NCBI GenBank assembly: GCA_040954595.2
Contig: CM082584.2
Coordinates: 1,767,344-1,831,343 of the forward strand
From: Balanoglossus misakiensis
Taxonomy: Eukaryota > Animalia > Hemichordata
Direction of reading: 5' to 3'
Length of the DNA: 64,000 nt
The notes under the pieces are model-generated. The model was given only the letters and a program-made list of their open reading frames with translations. It was not told the origin of the DNA and searched no databases. A program made the translations under genes and the position numbers. This document shows, piece by piece, positions 10,551 through 25,463 of the stretch (the first letter of the stretch is position 1; each line of letters starts with the position of its first letter).

Positions 10551-12359
10551 ATTCGCTTTTATATAATAAGCATAATTTTATAAGCAACTTCAGGTAAATC
10601 ACCTGTTGAAATATATGCATGTTTTACTTTGTAATCATTCTGACAATGCGTCTGTAAATAGGGCAGTCCGGATTGCCAGCATATAAAGGCATAACCTTTG
10701 ACCCGAAATGAGTTCATTCAATGTGACGCAGTCATATACAATGACTATAGCAGCTTGGCTGACAGCTATATAAAGCGCTGTAGACACGGTAACATGACAG
10801 GGCCTCAAATATTTGCCTGTCCAATCACTGTTTGTGCAGACTTTAAATAGAAGTCATGTACAGTACCGAGGAGAGCCATATCGATAGAGAATTGTAACCA
10901 ATGTACAAACAACTGTGCCTGTATTCGAGGCTAAATTGACCCATGATTCTGAACGACTTGTCAATTCAACACAGACACGAACACACCATGTACGTATCAT
11001 TCATACTCCACTGTTTCAGTCATGCGATCACAGCTCTTTATACAGTCAGAAATGACATCACTGTATACACACCTGTAATACCAGACCTGGGTCACATCTG
11101 TTCTTTTACACGTCTTATATCTGACCAATTTTACATGTCCTATAACAGCAATTAATTCATACGTAGACCTTCTGGCACAGATACTGAACTGCCCATGTTA
11201 CAAACATTTTCTGAAATGTGCCTGTGGTTTCTCACTGTGTACTTTGTGATCTCTACTTTCAAGTCTATTTCAAACAGAAGATCATTTCACATCTTTTGTG
11301 GAAGCCTTTCATTAGAGTACTGCAGTGTGATGTAGTTCTGTAATTAATTCACAAATAAATCGACAACGTTTTACAAATTAGATCTTTTGGTCATCGACCA
11401 TGGTGTATGTGACTATATGCAATTACATATGTTAATATATTTTTCTGCTTTTTATTTTTGTGTGAAAGGATGACGGGAAAATACAAAATCCGGTGCATTG
11501 TGGACGTGAATATGCAGGAGACAGAGTTGGATACACAGCTAGTGTAAATGACTGAGATGTCAAATGTACCAAACACTTCTGGATGAAGAGACATATTGAG
11601 CAGTGAAGTGTTTAAACTTGCTCAAAAGAAACGGCCATGCCGGGACTATATCCCACGACTCTCTTATCAGCACAGGGGGCTCTTCCTTCTTGCTTGTTTA
11701 GTGTGTGTTTGTTTGTTGTTATTGATTGATATAATAAACAAATAAATGTGAGGTTTTTTTTTACAAATATTGTTATCATATTTTTACGAACACTGGTCAA
11801 TGAGGTAATAAATTGTAGTCAAAAGGATTAATGCAAATGAACAGTGCTGATAAAGATTACTCTGGCACACATAGGGAACTCACCAACTCCAAATGTTAAG
11901 ACGCGGGTGTTGATGAAGGCCATTCTCTATGACAATAATAACTGTAAGCAATTGCCAGGGAAACGGTTATCTACATTACATTAAGAAATCTGGAGCAGTT
12001 AAATTCACTCAAGATGTTGTGGGCTCTGAAGAATCTTCTCTTATCCTAGCTCGTTGGTGTACACTTGCAGGGAGGGTTGTATTGCGGTAAGCAATATGCA
12101 ATGATGTGTGTGCAACTCTTCAGCCAATGTTTTTGCTAAAAGTTGAAGAACGTTAGTACTAGTATTGAGAACCCCAGTAACATTGCCATCATCCCAAAAG
12201 AGGCCTGCTTCGATATAAACGGGGAACCCAGGCAAAATTTGGAGAACTCTGTAAGATTTTACCTACATTAGTTTTGCTTTTTATTTCAAGTACAGTTTCT
12301 AGGGTGAATACCTGAACCTTGATGAAGTACTAAGTTGTATTAGTACAATCGTGTGAATT

Positions 12360-12991
12360 ATTATTGTTGAAAATTGTAATCAAGCCTGGACTAGAATTCA
12401 TTTGTCAACAATAACGATGATTACTGCACATGTACGATATGTTTTGGCAGGCAAAATACTAAACATTTCTGTATGATAATGGCATTAAATATGAGAAGCT
12501 ATGGTAGATTTACACAACAAGAATATGTAAATAAATAGCCAAAAATTACAGCTAATGTTCCTTTAAGTACTGCCCTCTGAACAAAAACTTTCCTGTTGTA
12601 ATGACATGAAAATTACAAAGTCACTGTCACGGTTAATTTGTTCATGTCTTTAAAGGCCAGGGATTTGATCACTGGAATCAAGTTTGTTCAAGACTAAAAA
12701 AAAGATTATCGCGGTGTCATTTTCTTTTGTTCTCCATTAAAATTTTCAATCGGGTTGTACCTTTGAGTGAAAACTTTTCAAGGAACATTAACTACACTTT
12801 TGGCGATGTTTTTAGTATTTTTAGTCTTGTGTATCAATTACTGGTATCCAATTCTATTCTATTCCCAACATTAAGATGAAATGCTCAGTATTCTGCTTGT
12901 CAACAGAGAATGTATAATATGTGAAATGACCTTTTTTGTTGTTGACAAACGAATTCTATTCTGGCCTTAGATACAGATTTCAACAATAATT
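12360..12991. mobile_element. MITE-like element with ~55-bp imperfect terminal inverted repeats
   Basis: ATTATTGTTGAAAATTGTAATCAAGCCTGGACTAGAATTCATTTGTCAACAATAAC (12360-12415) pairs with GTTGTTGACAAACGAATTCTATTCTGGCCTTAGATACAGATTTCAACAATAAT (12938-12990). Confidence 0.65.
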
Positions 12992-13264
12992 AAAGCTGCA
13001 AGCAGCATTGAAGGGGTCCAAGCATAGCGATAATGACCATTAGACTCTATTCAGGGTTGTACCATTCAAATGCGTAGGCTGTATTTGCTCTGGATGTGGA
13101 GATATGGGGAAGTAGGCAACTACCCGAAATGGATGTCCTACGAGTACAAACACAACAACCAAAAGGGAACTTCTACGTTATGTAAGTACATCAGTAAGTT
13201 CTTCAAAGGTCAGCTGAGGGTACCCTGAAAACTGGGCCAAAAATTTGGATTCCTAACCCTAACC
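12992..13264 (-). mobile_element. 3' terminal block of a Helentron-type non-autonomous element (HINE)
   Basis: Minus strand reads CTTGGACCCCT (subTIR, 13022-13012), then a GCTGC-TT-GCAGC stem-loop (13006-12995), then TTT. This is the standard HINE/DINE-1 3' end. Confidence 0.7.
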
Positions 13265-15610
13265 CTCCGTATACAGACTTGCCCAAGTGAACCGCGACAT
13301 AAAAAATGACCAAGTTTCCCTGCATGTTTCTTATACACGACAGATAAAAAACGCAGCGTAGATATTGAAATGAATTGGATTTATGAAAATGATAAAAATT
13401 ACAATGATAATGTCGTTAAAAGTTCTCACAGCGGTGCGAATAGGAGTTACCTGCACCGCAACGGTGCGAATAAGAGTTCCCTGCACCGCAACGATCTGAC
13501 CGTTCTTTATTCACTCCTCGGCGACAAAAACGTTTTATTACGGCCCAAATAACAACTTTTTCGCTACTTGGTTGGTTATGCGGATGATGGCGTTAAAAGT
13601 TCTCACAAAAAACGAAATAGCAAAAAATGTGGTCTCGAACCAACATCAGTTGACACCTTCAGGTAAAAGGGTAGCCTTGGTGAACCGTTCGCCATCATGA
13701 TGCGTACTCGAAAAAGTCGGAAATTTTCCGCACTATATTGCAGAATAACTCAAATGATCTTATTTGCACCGCAGCGGTGCGAATAAGAGTTCCCTGCACA
13801 GTGGCGGTGCGAATAAGAGTTCCCTGCACCGCAACGATCTGACCGTTCTTTATTCACCCCTCGGCGACAAAAACATTTTCTTACGGCCTAAATAACGACT
13901 TTTTCGCTCCTTGGTTGGTCATGCGGACGGAAAGACACGATTTTAGCGAGTTTATATTTCTCTCTGCTGAGCACTCCGTATTCAGACTTGTTCAAGTGAA
14001 CCGCGACAAAAAATGACCAAGTTTCCCTGCATGTTTCTTATACCCAACAGAAATAAAAAACGCAGCGTAGATATTTAAATGAATTGGATTGATGAAAATG
14101 AAAAAAAATTACAATGATGATGTCGTTAAAAGTTCTCCCCCCCAAAAAAAAAGAAATAGAAAAAAATTGGTCTCGAACCAACATCAGTTGACACCTTTAG
14201 GTAAAAGGCTAGCCTTCCTGAACCCTTCGCCATCAAGATGTGTTCTCGAAAAAGTCGGAAATTTTCCGCACTATATTGCATCATAACTCCAATGATCTTA
14301 TTTGCACCGTGGCGGTGCAAATAAGAGTTCCCTGCACCGCAACGGTGCGAATAAGAGTTCCCTGCACCGCAACGATCTGACCGTTCTTTATTCACCCCTC
14401 GGCGACAAAAACGTCTTATTACGGCCTAAACGACTTTTTCGCTCCTTGGTTGGTTATGCGGACGGAAAGACACGGTTTTAGCGAGTTTATCATTCTTTCT
14501 CCTGAGCACTCCGTATTCGGACTTGCCCAAGTGAACCGCGACAAAAAATGACCAAGTTTCCCTGCATGTTTCTTATACCCAACAGAAATAAAAAACGCAG
14601 CGTAGATATTTAAATGAATTGGATTGATGAAAATGAAAAAAATTACAATGATGATGTCGTTAAAAGTTCTCACAAAAAAAAAGAAATAGAAAAAAATTGG
14701 TCTCGAACCAATATCAGTTGACACCTTCAGGTAAATGGCTAGCTTTCCTGAACCCTTCGCCATCATGATGCGTACTCGAAAAAGTCGGAAATTTCCGCAC
14801 TATATTGCATCATAACTCCAATGATCTTATTTGCACCGTGGCGGTGCAAATAAGAGTTCCCTGCACCGCAACGGTGCGAATAAGAGTTCCCTGCACCGCA
14901 ACGATCTGACCGTTCTTTATTCACCCCTCGGCGACAAAAACGTCTTATTACGGCCTAAACGACTTTTTCGCTCCTTGGTTGGTTATGCGGACGGAAAGAC
15001 ACGGTTTTAGCGAGTTTATCATTCTTTCTCCTGAGCACTCCGTATTCGGACTTGCCCTAGTGAACCGCGACAAAAAATGACCAAGTTTCCCTGCATGTTT
15101 CTTATACCCAACAGAAATAAAAAACGCAGCGTAGATATTTAAATGAATTGGATTGATGAAAATGAAAAAAATTACAATGATGATGTCGTTAAAAGTTCTC
15201 ACAAAAAAAAAAGAAATAGAAAAAAATAGTCTCGAACCAATATCAGTTGACACCTTCAGGTAAATGGCTAGCTTTCCTGAACCCTTCGCCATCATGATGC
15301 GTACTCGAAAAAGTCGGAAATTTCCGCACTCTATTGCAGCATAATTCCAATGATCTTATTTGCACAACATCGGTGCGAATAGGAGTTCCCTGCACCGCAG
15401 CGGTGCGAATAGGAGTTCCCTGCACCGCAGCGGTGCGAATAAGAGTTCCCTTCCCCCGCAATGATCTGACCGTTTTTTATTCAACCCTCGGCGACAAAAA
15501 CGTTTTATTACGGCCTAAATAATGACTTTTTTGCTCCTTGGTTGGTCATGCGGACAGAAAGAGACGGTTTGAGCGAGTTTATCTTTCTCTCTGCTCAGCA
15601 CTCCGTATTC
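13265..15610. repeat. Tandem repeat with ~530-bp unit, about 4 copies, containing 30-bp hairpin sub-repeats
   Basis: Marker CTCCGTAT recurs at 13265, 13974, 14509, 15038 and 15601 (spacings 709, 535, 529, 563). Each unit carries 2-3 copies of CGGTGCGAATAAGAGTTCCCTGCACCGCAA. Confidence 0.95.
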
Positions 15611-18600
15611 CAAAAATGAGAATTTTTCGACTTTGCGAAAGTTCACAATTTCTTCGCTTTTTTGAAAAAAATCATGGGTTATAGCTCATGAATATAATCC
15701 AAAAATTACAATTTTTCCACATTGCGAAAGTTCAAAATTTCTTCATATTTTTGAAGAAAAAAATCATGCGTTATAGCTCATGAAAATCATCCAAAAATGA
15801 AAATTTTTAAAAATCATGGGTCATAAAAATCACCCCAAAATAACAATTTTTCGACTTTGCGAAATTTCAAAATTTCTTCATTTTTTGAAGAAAATCATGG
15901 GTTATAGGTCCTGAAAATCGTCCAAAAATGACTATTTTTAGACTTTGCGAAAGTTCAAAATATCTTCACATTTTTGAAAAAAATCATGGGTCATGAAAAT
16001 CACCCAAAAATAACAATTGTTTCGACTTTGCGAAATTTCAAAATTTCTTCATTTTTTGAAAAAAATCATGCGTTACAGCTCATGAAAACCATCAAAACAT
16101 TACAATTTTTCGACTTTGCGAAATTTCAAAATTTCTTCATTTTTTAAAAAAAATCATGAGTAACAGATCATGAAAATCACCCAAAAAGGAGTATTTTTTG
16201 ACTTTGCGAAAGTTAAACACTCTTCACAGTTTTGAAGAAAAAAGTCATGGGTTATAGCTCATGAAAATCATCCAAAAATGACAATTTTTCCACATTGCGT
16301 AAGTTCAAAATTTCTTCACATTTTTGAAGAAATATACCATGCGTTATAGATCATGAAAATCATCCAAAAATGACAATTTTTCATATTTGCGAAAGTTCAA
16401 TATTTCTTCACATTTTTGAAGAAAAAAATCAAGGGTTATAGCCCATGAACATCATCCCAAAATGACAATTTTTCAACATTGCGAACGTTCAACATTTTTT
16501 CACATTTTTGAAGAAAAAAATCATGCGTTATAGCTCATGAAAATCATCCAAAAATGACAATTTTTCGACTTTGCGAAATTTCAAAATTTCTTCACATTTT
16601 TGAAGAAAATAATCATGCGTTATAGCTCATGAAAATCTTCCAAAAATGACAATTTTTCATCTTTGCAAAAGTTCAAAATTTCTTCATTTTTTGAAAAAAT
16701 CATGGGTCATAAAAATCACCCCAAAATAACAATTGTTTCGACTTTGCGAAATTTCAAAATTTCTTCATTTTTTGAAAAAAATCATGCGTTACAGCTCATG
16801 AAAACCATCAAAAAATTACAATTTTTCGACTTGGCGAAATTTCAAAATTTCTTCATTTTAAAAAAAAATCATGAGTAACAGCTCATGAAAATCACCCAAA
16901 AAGGAGTATTTTTTGACTTTGCGAAAAGTTAAACATTTCTTCACAGTTTTGAAGAAAAAAATCATGGGTTATAGCTCATGAAAATCATCCAAAAATGACA
17001 ATTTTTCCACATTGCGAAAGTTGAAAATTTCTTCACATTTTTGAAAAAAATCATGAGTTACAGCTCATGAAAATTGTCCAAAAATGACAATTTTTCGACT
17101 TTGCGAAATTTCAAAATTTCTTCACATTTTTGAAAAAAATCATTCGTTATAGCTTATGAAAATCATCAAAAAAATACAATTTTTCCACGTTGCGAAAGTT
17201 CAAAATTTCTTCATTTTTTGAAAAAAATCATGAGTTACAGCTCATGAAAATCGTCCAAAAATGACAATTTTTCCACATTGCGAAAGATCAAATTTTTTTT
17301 ACATTTTTGAAGAAAAAAATCATGCGTTATAGCTCATTAAAATCATCCAGAAAATGACAATTTTTCGTCTTTGCGAAAGTTCAAAATTTCTTCATTTTTG
17401 AACAAATCATGAGTAACAGCTCATGAAAATCACCCAAAAAAGAGTATTTTTCGATTATGCGAAAGTTCAAAATTTCTTCACAGTTTTGAAGAAAAAAATC
17501 ATGGGTTATAGATCATGAAAATCATCCAAAAATGACAATTTTTCCACATTGCGAAAGTTCAAAATTTCTTCAAATTTTTTAAGGAAAAAATCATGCGTTA
17601 TAGATCATGAAAATCATCCAAAAATGACAATTTTTCATCTTTGCGAAAGTTCAAAATTTCTTCACATTTTTGAAGAAAAAAAATCAAGGGTTATAGCCCA
17701 TGAACATCATCCCAAAATGACAATTTTTCAACATTGCGAACGTTCAACATTTTTTCACATTTTTGAAGAAAAAAATCATGCGTTATAGCTCATGAAAATC
17801 ATCCAAAAATGACAATTTTTCCACATTGCGAAAGTTCAAAATTTCTTTATTTTTTGAAAAAAATCATGGGTCATGAAAATTGTCCAAAATGACAAAATTT
17901 CGACTTTGCACAAGTTCAACATCTCTTCACATTTTTGGAAAAAAAATCATGGGTTTTGGCTCTTGAAAATCATCAAAAAATAAAAACTTTTCGACTTTGC
18001 GAAAGTTCAAAATTTCTTCGTTTTCTTGAAAAAAATAATGGGTTACAGCTCATGAAGACCATCAAAAAATTACAATTTTTTTACTTTTTGAAAGTTCAAA
18101 ATTTCTTCATTTTTTGGAAAAAAATCATGGGTTATAGCTAATGAAAATCATCCAAAAATGACAATTTTTCCACATTGCGAAAGTTCAAAATTTCTTCATT
18201 TTTTGAAAAAAATCATGGATCATGAAAACCATCCAAAAATGACAATTTTTCGACTTTGCGAAATTTCAAAATTTCTTCATTTTTTGAAAAAAATCATAAG
18301 TTACAGCTCATGAAAACCATCAAAAAATTATAATTTTTCGACTTCGTGAAATTTCAAAATTTCTTCATTTTTTAAAAAAAATCATGCGTTATAGATCATG
18401 AAAATCATCCAAAAATGACAATTTTTCATCTTTGCGAAAGTTCAAAATTTCTTCATTTTTTGAAAAAAATCATGGGTCATGAAAATCACTCAAACGTAAC
18501 AGTTTTTCCGACTTTGCGAAATTTCAAAATTTCTTCATTTTTTGAAGAAAATAATGGGTTATAGGTCCAGAAAATCGTTCAAAATTGACTATATTTAGAC

Positions 18601-21600
18601 TTTGCGAAAGTTCAAAAGTTCTTTACTTTTTTGAAAAAAAAAATAATGGGTCATGAAAATCGTCCAAAATGACAAAATTTCGACTTTGCACAAGTTCAAC
18701 ATCTCTTCACATTTTTGGAAAAAAAATCATGGGTTTTGGCTCTTGAAAATCATCAAAAATAAAAACTTTTCGACTTTACGAAAGTTCAAAATTTCTTCGT
18801 TTTCTTGAAAAAAACTCATGGGTTAGAGCTCATGAAGACCATCAAAAAATTACAATTTTTTGACTTTTTGAAAGTTCAAAATTTCTTCATTTTTTGGAAA
18901 AAAATCATGGGTTATAGCTAATGAAAATCATCCAAAAATGACAATTTTTCCACATTGCGAAAGTTCAAAATTTCTTCATTTTTTGAAAAAAATCATGGAT
19001 CATGAAAATCATCCAAAAATGAAAATTTTTCCACATTGCGAAAGTTCAAAATTTCTTCACATTTTTGAAGAAAAAAATCATGCGTTATAGATCATGAAAA
19101 TCATCCAAAAATGACAATTTTTCATCTTTGCGAAAGTTCAAAATTTCTTCACATTTTTGAAGAAAAAAAATCAAGGGTAATATATAGCCCATGAACATCA
19201 TCCCAAAATGACAATTTTTCAACATTGCGAACGTTCAAAATTTCTTCATTTTTTGAAAAAAATCATGGGTCATGAAAATCACTCAAACGTAACAATTTTT
19301 TCGACTTTGCGAAATTTCAAAATTTCTTCATTTTTTGAAGAAAATAATGGGTTAAAGGTCCAGAAAATCGTTCAAAAATGACTATTTTTAGACTTTGCGA
19401 AAGTTCAAAATTTCTTTTACTTTTTTGAAAAAAAAAATAATGGGTCATGAAAATCGTCCAAAATGACAAAATTTCGACTTTGCACAAGTTCAACATCTCT
19501 TCACATTTTTGGAAAAAAAATCATGGGTTTTGGCTCTTGAAGATCATCAAAAAATAAAAACTTTTCGACTTTGCGAAAGTTCAAAATTTCTTCGTTTTCT
19601 TGAAAAAAATCATCGGTTACAGCTCATGAAGACCATCAAAAAATTACAATTTTTCCACACTGCGAAAGTTCAAAATTTCTTCATTTTTTGAAAAAAATCA
19701 TGGATCATGAAAACCATCCAAAAATGACAATTTTTCGACTTTGCGAAATTTCAAAATTTCTTCATTTTTTGAAAAAAATCATGCGTTACAGCTCATGAAA
19801 ACCATCAAAAAATTATAATTTTTCGACTTCGTGAAATTTCAAAATTTCTTAATTTTTTAAAAAAAATCATGCGTTATAGATCATGAAAATCAACAAAAAA
19901 ATACAATTTTTCCACATTGCGAAAGTTCAAAATTTCTTCATTTTAAAAAAAAAATCATGAGTAACAGCTCATGAAAATCACCCAAAAAGGAGTATTTTTT
20001 GACTTTGCGAAAGTTCAACATTTCTTCACAGTTTTGAAGAAAAAATCATGGGTTATAGCTCATGAAAATCACCCAAAAAAGAGTATTTTTCGATTATGCG
20101 AAAGTTCAAAATTTCTTCACAGTTTTGAAGAAAAAAATCATGGGTTATAGATCATGAAAATCATCCAAAAATGACAATTTTTCGTCTTTGCGAAAGTTCA
20201 AAATGTCTTCATTTTCTGACAAAAATCATGTTACAGCTCATGAAAATCGTCCAAAAATGACAATTTTTCGCCATTGCGAAAGTTCAAAATTTCTTCATTT
20301 TTAGAAAAAAATCATGGGTCATGAAAATCACCCACACATAACAATTTTTTCGACATTGCGAAAGCTCAAAATTTCTTCACATTTTTGAAGAAAAAAATCA
20401 TGCGTTATAGATCATGAAAATCATCCAAAAATGTTTTCATCTTTGCGAAAGTTCAACATTTCTTCACATTTTTGAAGAAAAAAAATCAAGGGTTATAGCC
20501 CATGAACATCATCCCAAAATGACAATTTTTCAACATTGCGAACGTTCAACATTTTTTCACATTTTTTAAGAAAAAAATCATGCGTTATAGCTCATGAAAA
20601 TCATCCAAAAATGACAATTTTTCCACATTGCGAAAGTTCAAAATTTCTTCATTTTTTGAAAAAAATCATGGGTCATGAAAATTGTCCAAAATGACAAAAT
20701 TTCGACTTTGCACAAGTTCAACATCTCTTCACATTTTTGGAAAAAAATCATGGGTTTTGGCTCTTGAAAATCATCAAAAAATAAAAACTTTTCGACGTTG
20801 CGAAAGTTCAAAATTTCTTCGTTTTCTTGAAAAAAATCATGGGTTACAGCTCATGAAGACCATCAAAAAATTACAATTTTTTGACTTTTTGAAAGTTCAA
20901 AATTTCTTCATTTTTTAAAAAAAATCATGCGTTATAGATCATGAAAATCATCCAAAAATGACAATTTTTCATCTTTGCGAAAGTTCAAAATTTCTTCTTT
21001 TTTTGAAAAAAAATCATGGGTTATAGCTAATGAAAATCATCCAAAAATGACAATTTTTCCACATTGCGAAAGTTCAAAATTTCTTCATTTTTTGAAAAAA
21101 ATCATGGATCATGAAAACCATCCAAAAAGGAGTATTTTTTGACTTTGCGAAAGTTCAACATTTCTTCACAGTTTTGAAGAAAAAAAATCATGGGTAATAG
21201 CTCATGAAAATCATCCAAAAATGACAATTTTTCCACATTGCGAAAGTTCAAAATTTCTTCACATTTTTGAAGAAAAAAATCATGCGTTATAGATCATGAA
21301 AATCATCCAAAAATGACAATTTTTCATCTTTGCAAAAGTTCAAAATTTCTTCACATTTTTGAAGAAAAAAAATCAAGGGTTATTGCCCATGAACATCATC
21401 CCAAAATGAAAATTTTTCAACATTGCGAACGTTCAACATTTTTTCACATTTTTGAAGAAAACAATCATGCGTTATAGCACATGAAAAATCATCCAAAAAT
21501 GACAATTTTTCCACGTAGCGAAAGTTCAAAATTTCTTCATTTTTTGAAGAAAATAATGGGTTATAGGTCCAGAAAATCGTTCAAAAATGACTATTTTTAG

Positions 21601-24600
21601 ACTTTGCGAAATTTCAAAATTTCTTCACTTTTTTGAAAAAAATCATGGCTTATGAAAATCAACAAAAAAATACAATTTTTCCACATTGCGAAAGTTCAAA
21701 ATTTCTTCATTTTTTGAAAAAAAATCATGCGTTACAGCTCATGAAAACCATCAAAAAATTACAATTTTTCGACTTTGCGAAATTTCAAAATTTCTTCATT
21801 TTTTAAAAAAAAATCATGAGTAACAGCTCATGAAAATCACCCAAAAAGGAGTATTTTTTGACTTTGCGAAAGTTCAACATTTCTTCACAGTTTTGAAAAA
21901 AAAAATCACGGGTTATAGCTCCTGAAAATCATCCAAAAATGACAATTTTTCCACATTGCGAAAGTTCAAAATTTCTTCACATTTTTGAAGGAAAAAATCA
22001 TGCGTATTAGATCATGAAAACCATAAAAAAATTACAATTTTTCGACTTTGCGAAATTTCAAAATTTCTTAATTTTTTGAAAAAAATCATGCGTTATAGGT
22101 CCAGAAAATCGTTCATAAATGACTATTTTTAGACTTTGTGAAATTTCAAAATTTCTTCACTTTTTTGAAAAAAATCATGGCTTATAGCTTATGAAAATCA
22201 ACAAAAAAATACAATTTTTCCACATTGCGAAAGTTCAAAATTTCTTCATTTTAAAAAAAAAATCATGAGTAACAGCTCATGAAAATCACCCAAAAGGAGT
22301 ATTTTTTGACTTTGCGAAAGTTCAACATTTCTTCACAGTTTTGAAGAAAAAAATCATGGGTTATAGCTCATGAAAATCACCCAAAAAAGAGTATTTTTCG
22401 ATTATGCGAAAGTTCAAAATTTCTTCACAGTTTTGAAGAAAAAAATCATGGGTTATAGATCATGAAAATCATCCAAAAATGACAATTTTTCGTCTTTGCG
22501 AAAGTTCAAAATGTCTTCATTTTCTGACAAAAATCATGTTACAGCTCATGAAAATCGTCCAAAAATGACAATTTTTCGACATTGCGAAAGTTCAAAATTT
22601 CTTCATTTTTTGAAAAAAATCATGGGTCATGAAAATCACCCAAACATAACAATTTTTTCGACTTTGCGAAATTTCAAAATTTTTTCACATTTTTGAAAAA
22701 AATCATGCGTTATAGCTTATGAAAATCATCCAAAAATTACAATTTTTCCACATTGCGAAAGTTCAAAATTTCTTCATTTTTTGAAAAAAATCATCAGTTA
22801 CAGCTCATGAAAATCGTCCAAAAATGACAATTTTTCGACTTTGCGAAATTTCAAAATTTCTTCACATTTTTGAAAAAAATCATGCGTTATAGCTTATGAA
22901 AAGCATCAAAAAAATAAAATTTTTCCACATTGCGAAAGTTCAAAATTTCATCATTTTTTGAAAAAAATCATGAGTTACAGCTCATGAAAATCGTCCAAAA
23001 ATGACAATTTTTCGACTTTGCGAAATTTCAAAATTTCTTCCCTTTTTTGAAAAAAATCATGGGTTTTAGCTAATGAAAGTCATCAGAAAATGACAATTTT
23101 TCCACATTGCGAAAGTTCAAATTTTCTTTACATTTTTGAAGAAAAAAATCATGCGTTATAGCTCATGAAAATCATCCAAAAATGACAATTTTTCCACATT
23201 GCGAAAGATCAAATTTTCTTCACATTTTGAAGAAAATCATGGGATATAGCTAATGCAAATCATCCAAAAATGACAATTTTTCCACATTGAGAAAGTTCAA
23301 ATTTTCTTTACATTTTTGAAGAAAAAAATCATGCGTTATAGCTCATGAAAATCAATCAAAAATTACAATTTTTCCACATTGCGAAAGTTCAAAATTTCTT
23401 CACATTTTTGAAGAAAAAAATCATGCGTTATAGATCATGAAAATCATCAAAAATGACAATTTTTCATCTTTGCGAAAGTTCAAAATTTCTTCACATTTTT
23501 GAAGAAAAAAAATCAAGGGTTATAGCCCATGAACATCATCCCAAAATGACAATTTTTCAACATTGCGAACGTTCAAAATTTCTTCATTTTTTGAAAAAAA
23601 TCACGAGTTACAGCTCATGAAAATCGTCCAAAAATGACAATTTTTCCACATTGCGAAAGATCAAATTTTCTTTACATTTTTGAAGGAAAAAATCATGCGT
23701 TATAGCTCATTAAAATCATCCAGAAAATGACAATTTTTCGTCTTTGCGAAAGTTCAAAATTTCTTCATTTTTGAAAAAATCATGAGTAACAGCTCATGAA
23801 AATCACCCAAAAAAGAGTATTTTTCGATTATGCGAAAGTTCAAAATTTCTTCACAGTTTTGAAGAAAAAAATCAAGGGTTATAGCCCATGAACATCATCC
23901 CAAAATGACAATTTTTCAACATTGCGAACGTTCAACATTTTTTCACATTTTTTAAGAAAAAAATCATGCGTTATAGCTCATGAAAATCATCCAAAAATAA
24001 CAATTTTTTCACATTGCGAAAGTTCAAAATATCTTCATTTTTTAAAAAAAATCATGGGTCATGAAAATTGTCCAAAATGACAAAATTTCGACTTTGCACA
24101 AGTTCAACATCTCTTCTCATTTTTGGAAAAAAAATCATGGGTTTTGGCTCTTGAAAATCATCAAAAAATAAAAACTTTTCGACTTTGCGAAAGTTCAAAA
24201 TTTCTTCGTTTTCTTGAAAAAAATCATGGGTTACAGCTCACGAAGACCATCAAAAAATTACAATTTTTTGACTTTTTGAAAGTTCAAAATTTCTTCATTT
24301 TTTGGAAAAAAATCATGGGTTATAGCTAATGAAAATCATCAAAAAATGAAAATTTTTCCACATTGCGAAAGTTCAAAATGTCTTCATTTTTTGAAAAAAA
24401 TCATGGATCATGAAAACCATCCAAAAATGACAATTTTTCGACTTTGCGAAATTTCAAAATTTCTTCATTTTTTGAAAAAAATCATGCGTTACAGCTCATG
24501 AAAACCATCAAAAAATTATAATTTTTCGACTTCGTGAAATTTCAAAATTTCTTCATTTAAAAAAAAAAAATCATGCGTTATAGATCATGAAAATCATCCA

Positions 24601-25398
24601 AAAATGACAATTTTTCATCTTTGCGAAATTTCAAAATTTCTTCATTTTTTGAAGAATATAATGGGTTATAGGTCCAGAAAATCGTTCAAAAATGACTATT
24701 TTTAGACTTTGCGAAATTTCAAAAATTGTTCACATTTTTGAAAAAAATCATGCGTTATAGCTTATGAAAATCATCAAAAAAATACAATTTTCCACATTGC
24801 GAAAGTTCAAAATTTCTTCATTTTTTGAAAAAAATCATGAGTTACAGCTCATGAAAATCGTCCAAAAATGACAATTTTTCGACTTTGCGAAATTTCAAAA
24901 TTTCTTCACATTTTTGAAAAAAAATAATGCGTTATAGCTTATGAAAATCATCAAAAAATGACAAATTTTCGACTTTGCGAAATTTCAAAATTTCTTCATT
25001 TTAAAAAAAAAATCATGAGTAACAGCTCATGAAAATCACCCAAAAAGGAGTATTTTTTGACTTTGCGAAAGTTCAACATTTCTTCACAGTTTTGAAGAAA
25101 AAAATCATGGGTTATAGCTCATGAAAATCACCCAAAAAAGAGTATTTTTCGATTATGCGAAAGTTCAAAATTTCTTCACAGTTTTGAAGAAAAAAATCAT
25201 GGGTTATAGATCATGAAAATCATCCAAAAAATGACAATTTTTCGTCTTTGCGAAAGTTCAAAATGTCTTCATTTTCTGAAAAAAATCATGGGTCATGAAA
25301 ATCACCCAAAAATAACAATTTTTCCACATTGCGAAAGTTAAAAATTTCTTCATTTTTTGAAAAAAATCATGTTACAGCTCGTGAAAATCGTCCAAAAA
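15611..25398 (+). repeat. Satellite 1, left block: ~88-bp AT-rich monomer with ~81-bp variants
   Basis: Consensus TCATGAAAATCATCCAAAAATGACAATTTTTCGACTTTGCGAAA[G/T]TTCAAAATTTCTTCATTTTTTGAAAAAAATCATG[G/C]GTTATAGC, repeated head-to-tail with many recurring variant monomers. Confidence 0.98.
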
Positions 25399-25463
25399 TA
25401 GCGTCAAGGACACTGTGGTCCCATTTGAGGACATAGCACATAGCAACATAGCAATAAGCATAT

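Noticed and set aside
11877-12256. Exon-like segment on the minus strand (cttacag| ... |gtgagt) containing ORF 12041-12235
   Set aside because: All three frames contain stops and I recognise no domain, so it cannot be supported as coding.
13252-13266. True telomere or chromosome end
   Set aside because: Only ~2.5 hexamer units, and they are internal to the sequence.
13265-15610. 30-bp palindromic repeats resembling a CRISPR array
   Set aside because: The repeats are directly adjacent with no unique spacers, the intervening ~470 bp is itself repeated, there are no cas genes, and the context is eukaryotic.
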